DNA of 63,296 nucleotides, the filler included, from Cercozoa sp. M6MM (lineage: Eukaryota > Protista > Endomyxa: Ascetosporea), in NCBI GenBank assembly GCA_040357565.1. It is 9 parts of 9 records of this genome, joined end to end, with 100 filler letters (N's around TTAATTAATTAA, not from the genome) between each part and the next. Parts side by side here need not be neighbours in the genome. Positions count along the whole stretch, not along the records: positions 36,684 to 61,635 come from JBDODJ010000155.1; positions 61,736 to 63,296 come from JBDODJ010001995.1; 7 more parts are not named here. One strand, given 5' to 3'. Below are positions 51,922 through 63,296 of the stretch, piece after piece. The notes below the pieces were generated by a model. The model was not told the DNA's origin. It ran no database searches and saw only the letters and a list, made by a program, of their open reading frames with translations. The stretch's first letter is position 1, and each line of letters opens with the position of its first letter. The position numbers were made by a program, and so were the translations under genes.

Positions 51922-51977
<56 letters not shown>

Positions 51978-53409
51978 AGACGGAGCCATGGTGTGCAGAG
52001 GCGTTGGTTCCAGTGCGAACCCTGAGGCGAGGTCTGTCTTTCGGAAAACAGAAGACCTGTAGCAATCTGTTGCTTCTTGCAGATTCGGCACAGGTGACAC
52101 GATCGGCTGTCTCCTGTGGCTACCTCCTGAACTGCACGACTCGCGCGCATTGTACGCCAACCGAAGTCACGCCAATGCTGTACCTTTCCATGTGTTCAGC
52201 TATACCTATATACACCCCATGTGCTCCATGTATGCACCTCACAGCAAGCGGAAAAGCGACGACGACAGCGTCAGCATGTTGGTTCCTGCATCGCCTTCTT
52301 CAAGAACGGACGTCTGGTGAATCGCACCTCTCAGGACCTGTCACGCGGCCGCTGGCGCGCTGCCATTGCTATGGTATGTGCCCTCATCGGTTGTACCCCC
52401 TACAGCAAGATACATACACAATGCACATATGCATATATACAGATAATATATAGAAAGATATATATATATATATGAAGATATGTAGATATACCTAGCCTCT
52501 CTTGCTACCCTTGTGTCTTAGTTTGGTGGTGCAAGAGTCAAGGTGCGACTCAGCGAGTTCTCGTGCATCCCGCCGCGTGCTGCGCTGCTGCCGCTGCTGC
52601 CGCGACTGCACGAGGACGTCATGGACGTGTCCCAGGACGCAAGAGTACCGTGTGTCTACCTTCTTCCTCTCACATGGCCAAGCTGTGGTGCTCCTACCTT
52701 ATAGGGGCACGTGTCGGTGTGTGTGCTACCGGAGACGGAGGCCACGATTCGTGTCAGACCGTTTTCCGACGCGTCCTACTGCATGCTGCGCCGGGTGGCC
52801 TGCACCAGGATTCAACACGAGGGCATCGAGGACCTCAAGCAAGTCTGGCAGGTCGCCCTGCGTGCTGAGGAGAGTGTGGCCAAACTTGCACTTCGCTCGG
52901 CCAGTCGGTACTTGATTTTGATTGTGCTAAGTGCACACAGTCTGTTGTCCTGCCTGCTGCTGGGGCACGCTGAGCTTTGCACTCTGCAGACTGCACCCGG
53001 CTCCAGTTATTAACTACGGCATTGTGCGCGACTTTGCTGGTCTCTTGCCTTGCCGTTGCTGTTGTTGGAGTGAAAGGGACAGCTGGGATACTGCCCCCGT
53101 GTGTGTAGCCTCGCGAAGGCAACAAGACCAGCACACTCGGCGGAAACTACTTAAAGAAAATGAGGTACTTGACTCTGTTCCTGTCTCGTTCGACCTGCCC
53201 GTTTGGCCTGACCTTTTGCACTCTGCGCACTGCAGGCGACAGCCAGCGAGAACGGTCTCACGCAAGCCACGTCTGTGGCCGAGTCGAGTGCCACGAGTCG
53301 AGTGACACCTCAGCACTGCACCACCACCGACGCCGAGTCACAGCAGGCAGTGACACCAGCGGATTCTGTTGTCAGTGCGACTGCTAGTGCCATCATGCAG
53401 GATGACTAA
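50396..53409 (+). CDS. ASH2/Bre2-like SPRY-domain protein (start uncertain)
   Basis: GGFRTVRSMLGVSRGAWFFEITV..VRVGFS..APVG..FGTGDTIGCLLWLP..GSCIAFFKNG..AAIAMFGGARV. Confidence 0.75.
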
Positions 53410-53984
53410 CCGAGCGTGTCGCGCAGAGTGCCTTGCGTTCAGTAGGGACCGGAATTCGAGGTACCGAGTGACGGTAGAATAATTGAATGCACTCCGTAAC
53501 GGTCTCAATCAACTGAAGCATCTCAAGAAAATTGACACGATTCACGTCATGACTGCGCAGCAACTCTTTGAACGGCCGGCAGGTGAGTGGAAGCCACAAC
53601 AAATCTGGGAAAAGCTAAGGACAAGCAGCAACTTTCAGAGGTGGTGTGGAACATCATTGTGCGGCCTTCAGGCCATTTAGTGGGCCTTAGATCGGTCCCT
53701 AGTCCTCAAAATCCTTCAAATCGTGCGCACGCCGACTGCTGGTTTGGATTTCTGAAATCGAAGCACAGCGCCTTTTAGAGCGAAACGAGTGCTGGGTGCT
53801 CTGCGAGTTAGTGAATAAGGGTGCTCGTGCTCAGTTAGCCGTCTGGAGGTGCACTGTGCAAGGAGAAAATGCGCAAAACATGGAAATTGTGGAAATGGTG
53901 GCACACTCGGCAAACGGCACACTTCAAAAGTGATGGACCAAGTCACTTGATCACTTTTCGATCAACCAAACTTTTGTCTTTTAC

Positions 53985-54817
53985 ATGATCAAGAAGTACT
54001 GCTACAACAACAATGGTGACTCACCCTGTGTTTGTTGGTGTGCCAGCTGTTGGTGTGCAAGCCGTGTGTGCCTAAAACCTTGTTTTACTCTTGTTGTTGT
54101 GCAAAGGTTTCTTGATGTGTGTTGTGCCTGTGTGTGCAGAAGCTTTCCCGCAAGACCGTGGCGGAATACATCCGCGAACACCGTCCCCACTTCAACTTGC
54201 ACTTGCACTTCAGCCGGCCGCGCTTCGGTGCCCGTCGTGCTGAACGTCTGGCCGCCGCCGAGTCCGTCGCTCGTGTGGCGGAAGCGCACGCTCGCAGCGC
54301 CACGCGTCGCTATGGCTCGGTCGTGGCCGAGCAGGTCGCCGCCGGCGTGCGTCGTCGTCAGCGGCAGCTCGCTGTGCAGCGTCGCCTCGGCTCGCTGGTG
54401 GCGCTGCACGCCGCCTTTGTTGCCGCTCAGCAGGGTGCTGTGCATTTCTGTCCTTTCCTCGTCAGGCTTCGTGTGCAGGACACGCTGCAGTGTGTGTGTG
54501 TGGTATCACTGCAATGTCGTGTACCGTGTGCAGCAACCTGCGCGCCCTACCACGGCTTGGCCCAGGAGTTGCCCTTCTACGTGCCGCCCAAGAAACGGTA
54601 CCTGGTTTCTCTGCCTCTCTGCATCATCATGAATGCTTGTATAATTCTGACTTTGGCTTTTTGTAGACACACGCAAGTGGCACGTGCTACTGACTCGGCG
54701 AGCCAGAGCTCAACGCGCGCCTGCATGGCGGTCACTCGCGCTCTCAAGGAGCAAGAACTGACTGTCTCGGAGGCCAGCGAGCTGCTCCAGGTGCACTTCG
54801 ACCTGCTCACTGTCTAG
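53985..54817 (+). CDS. Hypothetical basic protein
   Basis: GC-rich exons KLSRKTVAEYIREHRPHF..|..ELPFYVPPKKR|..FDLLTV-stop separated by GT-AG introns. Confidence 0.5.
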
Positions 54818-55879
54818 GCTCGAGTCACAAGCACCTCACCCAAGCAAGCGTGACGGCAACTGTCAAGATCTCGGCCGTCACCGACTCTCTGTGTGGCGCA
54901 CGCACGCACTGGCAGGTAGACTGGCCCCTTTGAACATTGAAGAAGCATCGCCGCGTCACATCTCTCGAACACGAAACTGAACTCTCACACCCATTTCCTG
55001 CACTGCCAGTGCATTTGAACTTACTTACTACTCTGCGATGCAACGTTGCGTATATTTGTATATACTACATTAAGACAGTACAGTAACTTACTCACGTCGT
55101 GCCGGTTCCGTCATCTCAACGAGCACAGGTAAAATTTAAAAACGCTCCGTGTTTGAACTGACTGGTAGCATTCCATGTTGTCGGTTTTACAAACTTATTA
55201 GTCGGATGCAATGCGTTGACAAACCTGACGACAATTGGACACGGCACCGAGAGAGGAGTTAACTTAAACAATGCGGCTTGCCCAGCAGAACATTCGGTCG
55301 CCCTCGGTTCGCTCTCGATCACAGTCCCTCTGTCAGTGCATTGTGGCGGCAAGGATACAGGGAACAATGGATGCTTAAACACAGTCGCGGGAGCAACAGC
55401 AGTTGGCAAGAGTATTATCTCGATGATGAGCTCCTCTCTCGGTGCCGTGTCCACAGCCCAGTCCCAAGACTGTGAATGCGATTCTACGAACGCAGTTTAA
55501 TTCCCCGGCACCAGTCTGGGGAGGGCCACAAAAGCATGATCGTGTTTACGCCCGCTTAAACTAGGACTATACGGCTTCCCTTTTGACGTTTCCTGTAGAG
55601 GCAGGCGTCGTCGCAGAAGGCGGTGTCGGGTCGTCCCTTCTTCGTCCTTCCATCACTACACGGTACGCGACTGCTTAAGATGGCTGTACGGCATATGCAT
55701 TGCCGTGCGGGACACCTTTGTCTGGGAAAAATACAGTTCTTGCTTAGCCACATCGAAATTCTGTGAGTACTTTCGTTTCTCGAGCTCCGCGTGGACGCGA
55801 CAAATACCCTAGAATTTTGAGTCGTCGCCAACGGCTTACCGGAATTGGCCTCTAGAAAGGTCACTGAAGTGCCGTTCTT

Positions 55880-57759
55880 ATGATAAGCGAAAGCACGGAG
55901 TCAGAGCAGCTACGTGCGCCAGCTGTGGCCTCAGAGATAGAATCGTGTGCTCTGTCATCACAGTCAGAAGCTACCAGTGCATCGACGGAAACCGAAACAC
56001 AGGTTGAGAAGCCTGTCAGTGAGGAAGAGCAGCTCAAATACGCCGATGAAGAGGTACAGTACTCAAACAAGCATCCGCTGAGTTAGTACTCAGCCCACAA
56101 ACTAAATGTAGTCAACCACAACGACAGGAGCGGACTCACAAGGAGAAAGCTCCATCACCCGCGCCGATGGAACTGCAAACTTGAAACCATGCGAGCCGTC
56201 AGAGCAGCAGCTTCAAGACTTGATCAAGCGCCTGCAGGAGCAGCTCCAGAGCGAACTGGCCAACAACGAAACACTCGCTGCGGAGAATGAGATGCTGCAA
56301 GCGCACATCTATCGTCGCGAACTGCAAGAGCAAGGGTCCTGCCAGTCCTTGTTGACCTCCAAATCCTCTTCGTTCACTCTTGAGACCAGCGAAAAGAAGT
56401 CATGCGGCACTGCAAACCTCATGGTGCCAGAAGAAAGCGACGAAACCGATCGGGAACCTTCACATATACAGGCTGAAGATAACTCAAAGGACTCGGAGCA
56501 ACCGCTCGCGCCGAGTGGAAGCGAGGAGTCCCTGAAGCCAAAAATTCCGGGACCGAGATGGCCTGCCGTGCTGAAAACAATGCAAGACAAAGGCATCGAC
56601 AGCACGTTCTTGCCGGACGATGAGGTGGAAGACAGATGGAAGCGAGCGCAAAACCTCATTCCGCTTCGCATGCGCACAGCGCTGGCACATCAAGAGAAAC
56701 TGACGGCGACCGAAGAACTGAACACACTCAAGCAAGACGCCGACGCGGCTGTCTTGTCGCTTGAGGTTCTCATTGAGGAAGTTCGACTCCAGATGGCTTC
56801 GACCAAGGTAAACTTACCAACACTGTTTGTACAGTACCGTATCAACGAACAGACTGGCTGGTCTGTGAAAACTCTGACACTCATGCGTGACCACAGCGAG
56901 ACTCGTACGAGTTCCGACGCGACGCTGTGATCGGGGGCGCCCTGGCGTCGCGGGCGGGCCTCAGAGCTCAGCGCGTGTCGTCCGACCGCGCCGTGCGGCA
57001 CGTGGAAGAGAAGATCCGCACGCTCACAACACAGCGCGACAAACTGTGCTCGAAGAATCAGGCGCTGCGTGCTCAGCTCACTCGTGCGGAGGCGCAGCTC
57101 AAGCAAAAGATCCAGCAAGGCGAGACCTTGCGACCGATCGACCTGCAGCAGCTCAAGATCGAAAACAAGCAGCTCGACGCTGAGCTGGCGGCCCGGAACC
57201 ACGCGTTGACGCAGGCCAAGCTCGCTGCAGGTCATGTGCTACACGCGCTCAACGATGCGCGTGCCGAGTTGAATGAAGCGCAGGTCGATGTTGGTATACC
57301 ACCCGAGTCTATGACTGTTTCGACTTTTGACCGGTTGGAGTATCGGTAGACCGACTTGCGCACGATCTCGTCGAGTACCGAAAGATGTCGGAAAAACTCA
57401 AGAATGATGCACGCAAGGTCGAGCAGGAATTTAAGAAGGAAAAGGAGCGATTCGAGTCGATCAATCAGAGCGCACCAACTGGTACAATAGAGACATGAGA
57501 AATGTGCCATTGCTTTTTCTCCAGGGGAGACTCCTCAAATCATACACTACATCACTTTGCGCGAGAGGGAGCGAAAACTCGTATCTTTCACTTTCCATTG
57601 CTGTTATGTTGCACTGTGCTTCCGTTCTCGCAGGTGTGTCAGCGCGAAGTGTGGAAGCGTCGCATCGAACTCACCAAAAAAGAGCTACCCAAGTTCAAGC
57701 ACACCATCGAGAAAGCGAGGCTGCTTGGCATTCTTCCGGCAAAGAGCCCGACGGCATAA
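55880..57759 (+). CDS. CCDC113/CFAP263-like cilia-associated coiled-coil protein
   Basis: LAAENEML..RDSYEFRRDAV..KLCSKN..QLKQKIQQGETLRPIDLQQLKIENKQL..PQIIHYI..VWKRRIEL. Confidence 0.85.
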
Positions 57760-57955
57760 CTAAAACAAAGGCGTGAAAGCAACCGTTGTTCGCGACTTCA
57801 GTTCGCGACTTCAGTTCCAAGCTGGCGCCAATTCAGCTTTTTTGATTGCAATCGATCTGAAAGTGCACTTTCAGGCCCCAAAGCACAGATTTGGTACACT
57901 AGCCTGGCTCTTAGAGTGCGTGCGCACACTCGTGCGCTGGTCAGAGCTTCAGGAA

Positions 57956-60900
57956 ATGTCAGCAGCGAGTGCCTGGCGTGAGCGCGCGGCGGTTGAGGCA
58001 GCATTGCAGTGTTGCCAGCGCGAGCTGCAGCACGCCGACCTGCGGCGTCGTCTGACCAGGATCGAGTCTTGGCGAGAGCAGTACCAAGAGCAGCAGCAGC
58101 GGCAGCAGGAGGCACACGTGCAGCAGGAGGCACAAGAGCCGCAGGCACAGGAGCAACAGGCGCACTATGCGAAGCAGGTGTGCGCCGTGCAGCGCGTGCC
58201 TCGACACACGGCGGCACTTGGCGTAGTAGTGCCGTGGCAGCACAGACTGCGTCTCGTGCAGTGGCACCGCCGAGAGCTGCCCTCGCAGACTGAGTGGACT
58301 GCCTTGGTGCAGACGTCGCCTGTGCTGTCTCTGGTCGGACAGCGTGATGGACTCGCGCCCTACGTAGCACAGACTGTTGCTGCTATACCTGTGTGTGTGT
58401 GTGTGTGTGTACATATAGACCTGTGTGTGTGTGCATAGTGCACTCTGCTGGTGCTGCGCGGTCGTTCCGTCCGCGTGATGTTTCCGTCAGAGTCTGTCAT
58501 CGTCGAAGTCAATGTCGCCGACATCGACGATGTCCTCGTGTTTCCTGCCGCCGATGTCGATGCCAATTTGGCCGATCAGGGTAGAGAGACGCACCCTTAA
58601 TTGTGTCCGACCTGGACTTTTATTTTCCTGTATTTGTGCAGTGCAGAGAAACGTCGTCGCCGGCGTCGTTGAGGCCTGCGGCATCTCGGACGAAATGGCG
58701 CTGCTTCGCGTGCGCACACGCCGCGGCAGGTATGTATGTATATGTATGTATGTATGTGTATGTATGTATGTGTAGGTATGTATGTACGTATGTGTAGGTA
58801 TGTATGTGTATGTATGTATGTATGTGTGTATATGTGTATGTATGTATGTATGTATGTGTATGTGTGTATGTATGTAGTATGTATGTAGGTATGTATGTAT
58901 GGATGTATGGATGTATGGGTATATGTATGTATATGTATGTGTATGTATGTGTGTATGTATGTATTTGTGCATGTATGTGTATGTATGTGTGTATATGTAT
59001 GTATGTATGGATGTAGGTATGTATGTATGTATGTATGGATGTATGGATGTCTGTACGTATGTATGTGTGTATGTCTGTATGTATGGATGTATGTATGGTA
59101 TATATGTATGTATGTGTGTATGTTGTATGTGTGTATGTATGTATGTATGGATGTCTGTATGTATGTATGTATATGTCTGTATGTAGGTATGTATATGTAT
59201 GTCAGGTATGTATGTATGTATGTACGTGCAGTGAGGTGGTAGCACTGCGAGATGTGCCCATCCTGCAGTGTCCGATCGGACGCACTGTGCGACTCTCCTT
59301 CGCCAAGCACAAGGTTGTTTTACCCCCTTACCCCCTGTGTGATGTGTATGTGATGTGGTTGCGATGTATCTGTGATGTGACTCCAGACCATCCGCGCGGA
59401 CGACGGCACCGTGCCTCTGTGGCGATCCACTGCCAGGTCGCGACTGCATCTGTGGTGAGTCATACCCCCCTGTTTGGCCGCGCGCCGGGCGCGGGGGGGG
59501 GGGCGGGGGGGGCCGCGGGGTGACCCCCCTGTTTACCCCCTTCTCAGCGAGGAGAGACGAGGCGCCAAGCGACGCCGCCTGTGCGTGCCGCAGTTCCAAG
59601 TGACCGCGCAGAGCGGCGTCTTTCGCTTCGTTTTCGAACTGCGCGAGTTGCGCACGCGCGTACTGCAGCCGCTTACCCCCCTGTTTACCCCCCTCTTTAC
59701 CCCCCCTTCAACCCCCTGGGCAGAAAAGAAGCATCCTGGTGGTGACTCCGAACTGCTCTGCATGGACGCAGCTACACAATGGTATATACGTGTTTGTATG
59801 TATGCTATGTGTATGTTGTGTTATTTATGTATGTACGTGTATTTATGTGTATGTATGTATGTGCATGTATGTATGTATGTATGTCTGTATGCAAGTATGT
59901 ATGCATGCATGCATGTATGTATGTCTGTATGTATGTGGTGTATGTATGTATGTATATATATGTATGTATTGTATGTATGTATTAATGTTTTTATGGTATG
60001 TATGGTATTTATGTACTTATCGATGTATGTATGTGTATGTATGTATTGTATGTATGTTTGTATGGATGTATGTATGTATGTATGTATGTTGGTATGTATG
60101 TACGTATGTATGTATGTACGTATGTACGTATGTACGTATGTACGTATGTGTGCATGTATGTACGTTGTACGTATGTATGTATGTATGTATGTATGTATGT
60201 TTGTATATATGTATGTACGTATGTGTATGTATGTATGTATGTATGTATGAATGTACGTATGTACGTATGTACGTATGTGTGTATGTATGTATGTATGTAT
60301 GTATGTATGTATGTATGTATGTATGTGCGTGTGTATGTACGTATGTAAGTATGTATGTATGTATGTATGTATGTGAGTCAGTATGTATGTGTGTATGTAT
60401 GTGCACGTGTGTGCAGGCACGCCGATACGAGTGGGCGCAACGCTGACGCTGCAGGGCGCGCACTCGCACTGTCTCGCTCGGACTTCCGTCGGCGGTCTGA
60501 CGACTGCAGAGGGTGCTTTACCCCCCCCCCCCTTCAACCCCCATGTTTACCCCCTGTCCACCCCCCTTGTTTACCCCCCTCCGAGCAGAGGAGGTGCGAG
60601 TGCACCTGGCATGCAGCGAGACGGCGCTCCGCGTGGTCCGACTGGGCCCCGACATGGACGGACAGAACAGGGACGGACAGGACCAGGACAGGGACGGACA
60701 GGACCAGGACAGGGACGGACAGGACGAGTGGCTACTGGCTCATGCCGTGCGACGCCGCGGATTTCGCGCGCTGCAGCTGCGCAGCCACAGTCGGCATGAT
60801 GCGGTTTACCCCCCTGTTTACCCCCCCCCCCCACTTTGCCCCCACTTTGCCCCCACTTTACCCCACTTTACCCCCCACTTTGCCCCCACTTTGCCCCCAC

Positions 60901-61604
60901 TTTACCCCACTTTACCCCCCACTTTGCCCCCCTGTTTACCCCCCTGTTTACCCCCTGTTTACTCCCCCCCCCACTTTACCCCCCTGCAGTTGCTGAGATT
61001 TTTGCCGCCGGAGGATTTGCTGCGATGCGTTTTCGCACTGGAGGAAGTGCATCGTATGTTGTTTCACCCCCCTGTTTACCCCCCTGTTTACCCCCCCCCC
61101 CGGGGTGAAACAGGAAAGTTCGATGTGACGTCGCCGCGTCGTTCGGTTTCGTCGAGCGAACTTTTGGGCTTCTCGTTGACGTCGATGTCGAGGTTTACCC
61201 CCCTGTACCCCCCTGTTCCCCTCTATTTACCCCCCTGTTTCCCTCTATTTACTTTCTTTTTACGCTCTGTTTACCCCCCTTTTTACTTCCCTATCTACCC
61301 CCCTTTTCACTCCCCTATTTACCTCCCTTTTTACTTCCATATTTACCCCTTTTTACTCCCCTATTTACCCCCCTGTTTACCCCCTTTTTACCCCCCTATT
61401 CACCCCCTATTTACCCCCTATTGACTTCCCTGTTTACCCCCCTGTTTACCCCCTGTTTAACCTCCACAGGGAGACGCAGGTGGGCGCACTGTTCGGCGTG
61501 TTGAATCTGCCGTCGCCGTCGTCGTCGGCGTCGTTGTTGCAGACGGAGTTGCTGGAGGCCGTGTTTTCGCATCGGTGCTGCCTGGCTGCCTTGAGGTCGG
61601 CGAG
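57956..61604 (+). CDS. Putative CST-complex subunit CTC1-like OB-fold protein, 3'-truncated
   Basis: FVFEL..PIRVGATLTLQGAH..VHLACSETALRV..ALEEVHRKF..ELLG..TELLEAVFSHRCC recalls CTC1 LYELD..RPGVCLQLQDVH..ALEELACKL..EILEEPHHC. Confidence 0.45.
58730..59231 (+). repeat. Intron made of degenerate (TATG)n
   Basis: About 500 nt of gtat/tatg units bounded by GT..AG. Confidence 0.9.
59782..60416 (+). repeat. Intron made of degenerate (TATG)n
   Basis: About 630 nt of gtat/tatg units bounded by GT..AG. Confidence 0.9.
60803..61468 (+). repeat. Intronic C-rich TTTACCCCC-type degenerate repeats around short exons
   Basis: Units such as tttacccccctg and tttgcccccac. Confidence 0.85.
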
Positions 61605-61755
61605 GTGTCTTGCCCCCCTGTTTGCCCCCCCCCCCNNNNNNNNNNNNNNNNNNNNNNNNNNNNNNNNNNNNNNNNNNNNTTAATTAATTAANNNNNNNNN
61701 NNNNNNNNNNNNNNNNNNNNNNNNNNNNNNNNNNNCCCCCCAGTAAAGTAGCCTA

Positions 61756-62345
61756 CTCCTCCTCGTCATCGACCATGGAATCATCGCTCTTCCTGCAGAT
61801 AGGGATTTATACCCCCCCTTACCCCCCATGTAGAGACTGTACCGAACAGATTGGCCGTCGCGATCGACAAGGTAGTCCGTCTTGTCCAACGCAGTGCCTG
61901 GCTCGGCATCCAACACGAACTGCGGCGACACCAGAACCACTTTCGACTTGAGTCTCTGTCCCGAATAAATTCACCACAGGGAAGGCTTAAATAGGCTTGG
62001 AGAGACTTAAACACACGAAAGCTCACCTTTGGAACCTCATTCGGCTCGCCCACGACGACAATGCTCACGTCACTGGTGGACAAATACGAAAAAACATGGC
62101 ACAAATTACAAAAACCATCAGCAGCACCAATACGAAAAACCCAACTGCCACGACAGGATGCTCTAAACTTACTCAGCCATCTGCGGACGAAACTGACCGC
62201 CAGCACGCGCGATTTGACGAATCAATTTTGCCCTAAAAGCACTCAGTCAAAAAAATGAAACTGTTTTTGGGGTCCAAACACACCTGCGCTGACCATCGAC
62301 AGCTCCAGCGACGTAGACAATTTCGTCCTTCAGAGGCAGCAACAT
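61756..62345 (-). CDS. N-terminal BRCT-domain protein, 5' part
   Basis: MLLPLKDEIVYVAG..RAKLIRQIARAGGQF..VSIVVVG..VLVSPQFVLDA..LDKTDYLV. Confidence 0.72.
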
Positions 62346-62639
62346 GTTCCGTCTGTATCTAAGCAATCACACGTTTTAGTCAGCCGGAACTGCAGAAAAT
62401 CTCCAAGAAACTTTTAAAAAGCGCGCCAACAAGCTTCAGACCCACGACAAAACAAAACAAAAGCTAGCTGCCTCTTGAGGGTCACCAGTATTGTACAGTG
62501 CTGCACAACAAGACCTCCTGCTTCAGCATGAGCAAACAAATTCCTTTATGCTGCTGTACAAACATACGAGATTTGGACAGCCTGTCGACATCGGTGTTGT
62601 TGGACATTCTCGTAGAGTGTTCCGGTGTGTGCTGCACAA

Positions 62640-63272
62640 ATGAGCGACATAGGTAGCAATAATTGTGCATATCTATGCATGTGGGTCACAGCGATTTGTG
62701 GTATTTTGCCGTGTGGTTAGAGGATGACTTCTCGGTGGACGAGGAGTTCGAGTCACCGCGCAGCACGACGCATAGTGTGTACTGTTCGTCCGCGTGTGTG
62801 TGTTCGTGTGTGTTACTTTGTGTAGTCTTGTTTGTGATGTTGCGGGCATAGGATCGAGTCGGGCGTGCGCACAGTGTTTGGTGGACAGCACGACTTGGTC
62901 CGCGCGGATGTGATCGCGAAGTTTCGCGACTTTTTGTCGCACACGTTGCTCGGCATGGAGGAGGCCGTCGGCGGCGTGCAGCAAGGTAGTGCTTTACCCC
63001 CCTTTTTACCCCCCTTTTTGCCCCCCTTTTTACCCCCCTTTTTACCCCCCTTTGAGGCCAGAACTGGAGGTGGTGCAACGCAAGTACGACATGCTGCACC
63101 AGACGCATCAGGAACAGGAGGTGTGCAGCCTTAACTACCCTTGCTCCCTTAATAAACTTCCTCGCTTCCCACCCCCTTAACCAACACTCCCTTAATTACA
63201 GGCCGAGAATAACGAACTGCGCGAGCGGTGCGACGAACTGTGCCAGCGCGCTTCCTCCGAGGACGACGCTCG
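62640..63272 (+). CDS. Coiled-coil hypothetical protein, 5' part
   Basis: Exons EDDFSVDEEFESPR..ADVIAKFRDFL..ELEVVQRKYDML..AENNELRERCDEL. Confidence 0.6.
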
Positions 63273-63296
63273 GGTACCGCTTTACCCCCCCCCCCT

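Noticed and set aside
55116-55500. Overlapping ORFs on both strands in an intergenic stretch
   Set aside because: Non-ATG starts, no intron pattern and no recognisable motif
59470-59525. GC-only patches beside G/C homopolymers (also about 35790-35835, 36180-36216, 9542-9566, 10051-10087)
   Set aside because: Probably low-quality base calls next to homopolymers or gaps
58487-61424. Long MYVC/HTYI/PPLYP ORFs as repeat proteins
   Set aside because: They are translations of intronic microsatellites; the same holds for CVCV/THTH ORFs elsewhere

Overview
Eukaryotic nuclear DNA from an intron-dense, non-metazoan organism, most likely a protist (a cilia/flagella gene is present). All three stop codons are used, consistent with the standard code. 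The window is not contiguous: it is 9 contigs joined by artificial 100-bp linkers (N44-TTAATTAATTAA-N44), with extra internal N gaps, so synteny holds only within a contig. Reading exons across GT-AG introns by eye gives about 27 genes or fragments: class I HDAC, fatty-acid desaturase, FYVE protein, PIG-Q-like, VPS35, OsmC-family peroxidase, PQ-loop protein, MFS transporter, a bacterial-type PPC-like domain, a C2-like fragment, Nup205-like, PP4R3/SMEK, RalGAP-beta-like, YML020W-type hydrolase, PhyH-type dioxygenase, lamin, EBP2, ASH2-like SPRY, CCDC113, CTC1-like, a BRCT protein and several hypotheticals. There is also a decayed RNase H-containing LINE, with short copies of its 3' tail elsewhere. 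Highlights: (1) a lamin with every canonical hallmark outside animals; (2) unusual introns, with GTAC-rich donors lacking the usual +4/+5 AG and C-rich TTTACCC(C) tracts oriented with transcription; (3) a dispersed LINE-tail family; (4) a divergent CTC1 candidate. All gene models and family calls come from manual reading and remembered motifs; no searches were run.
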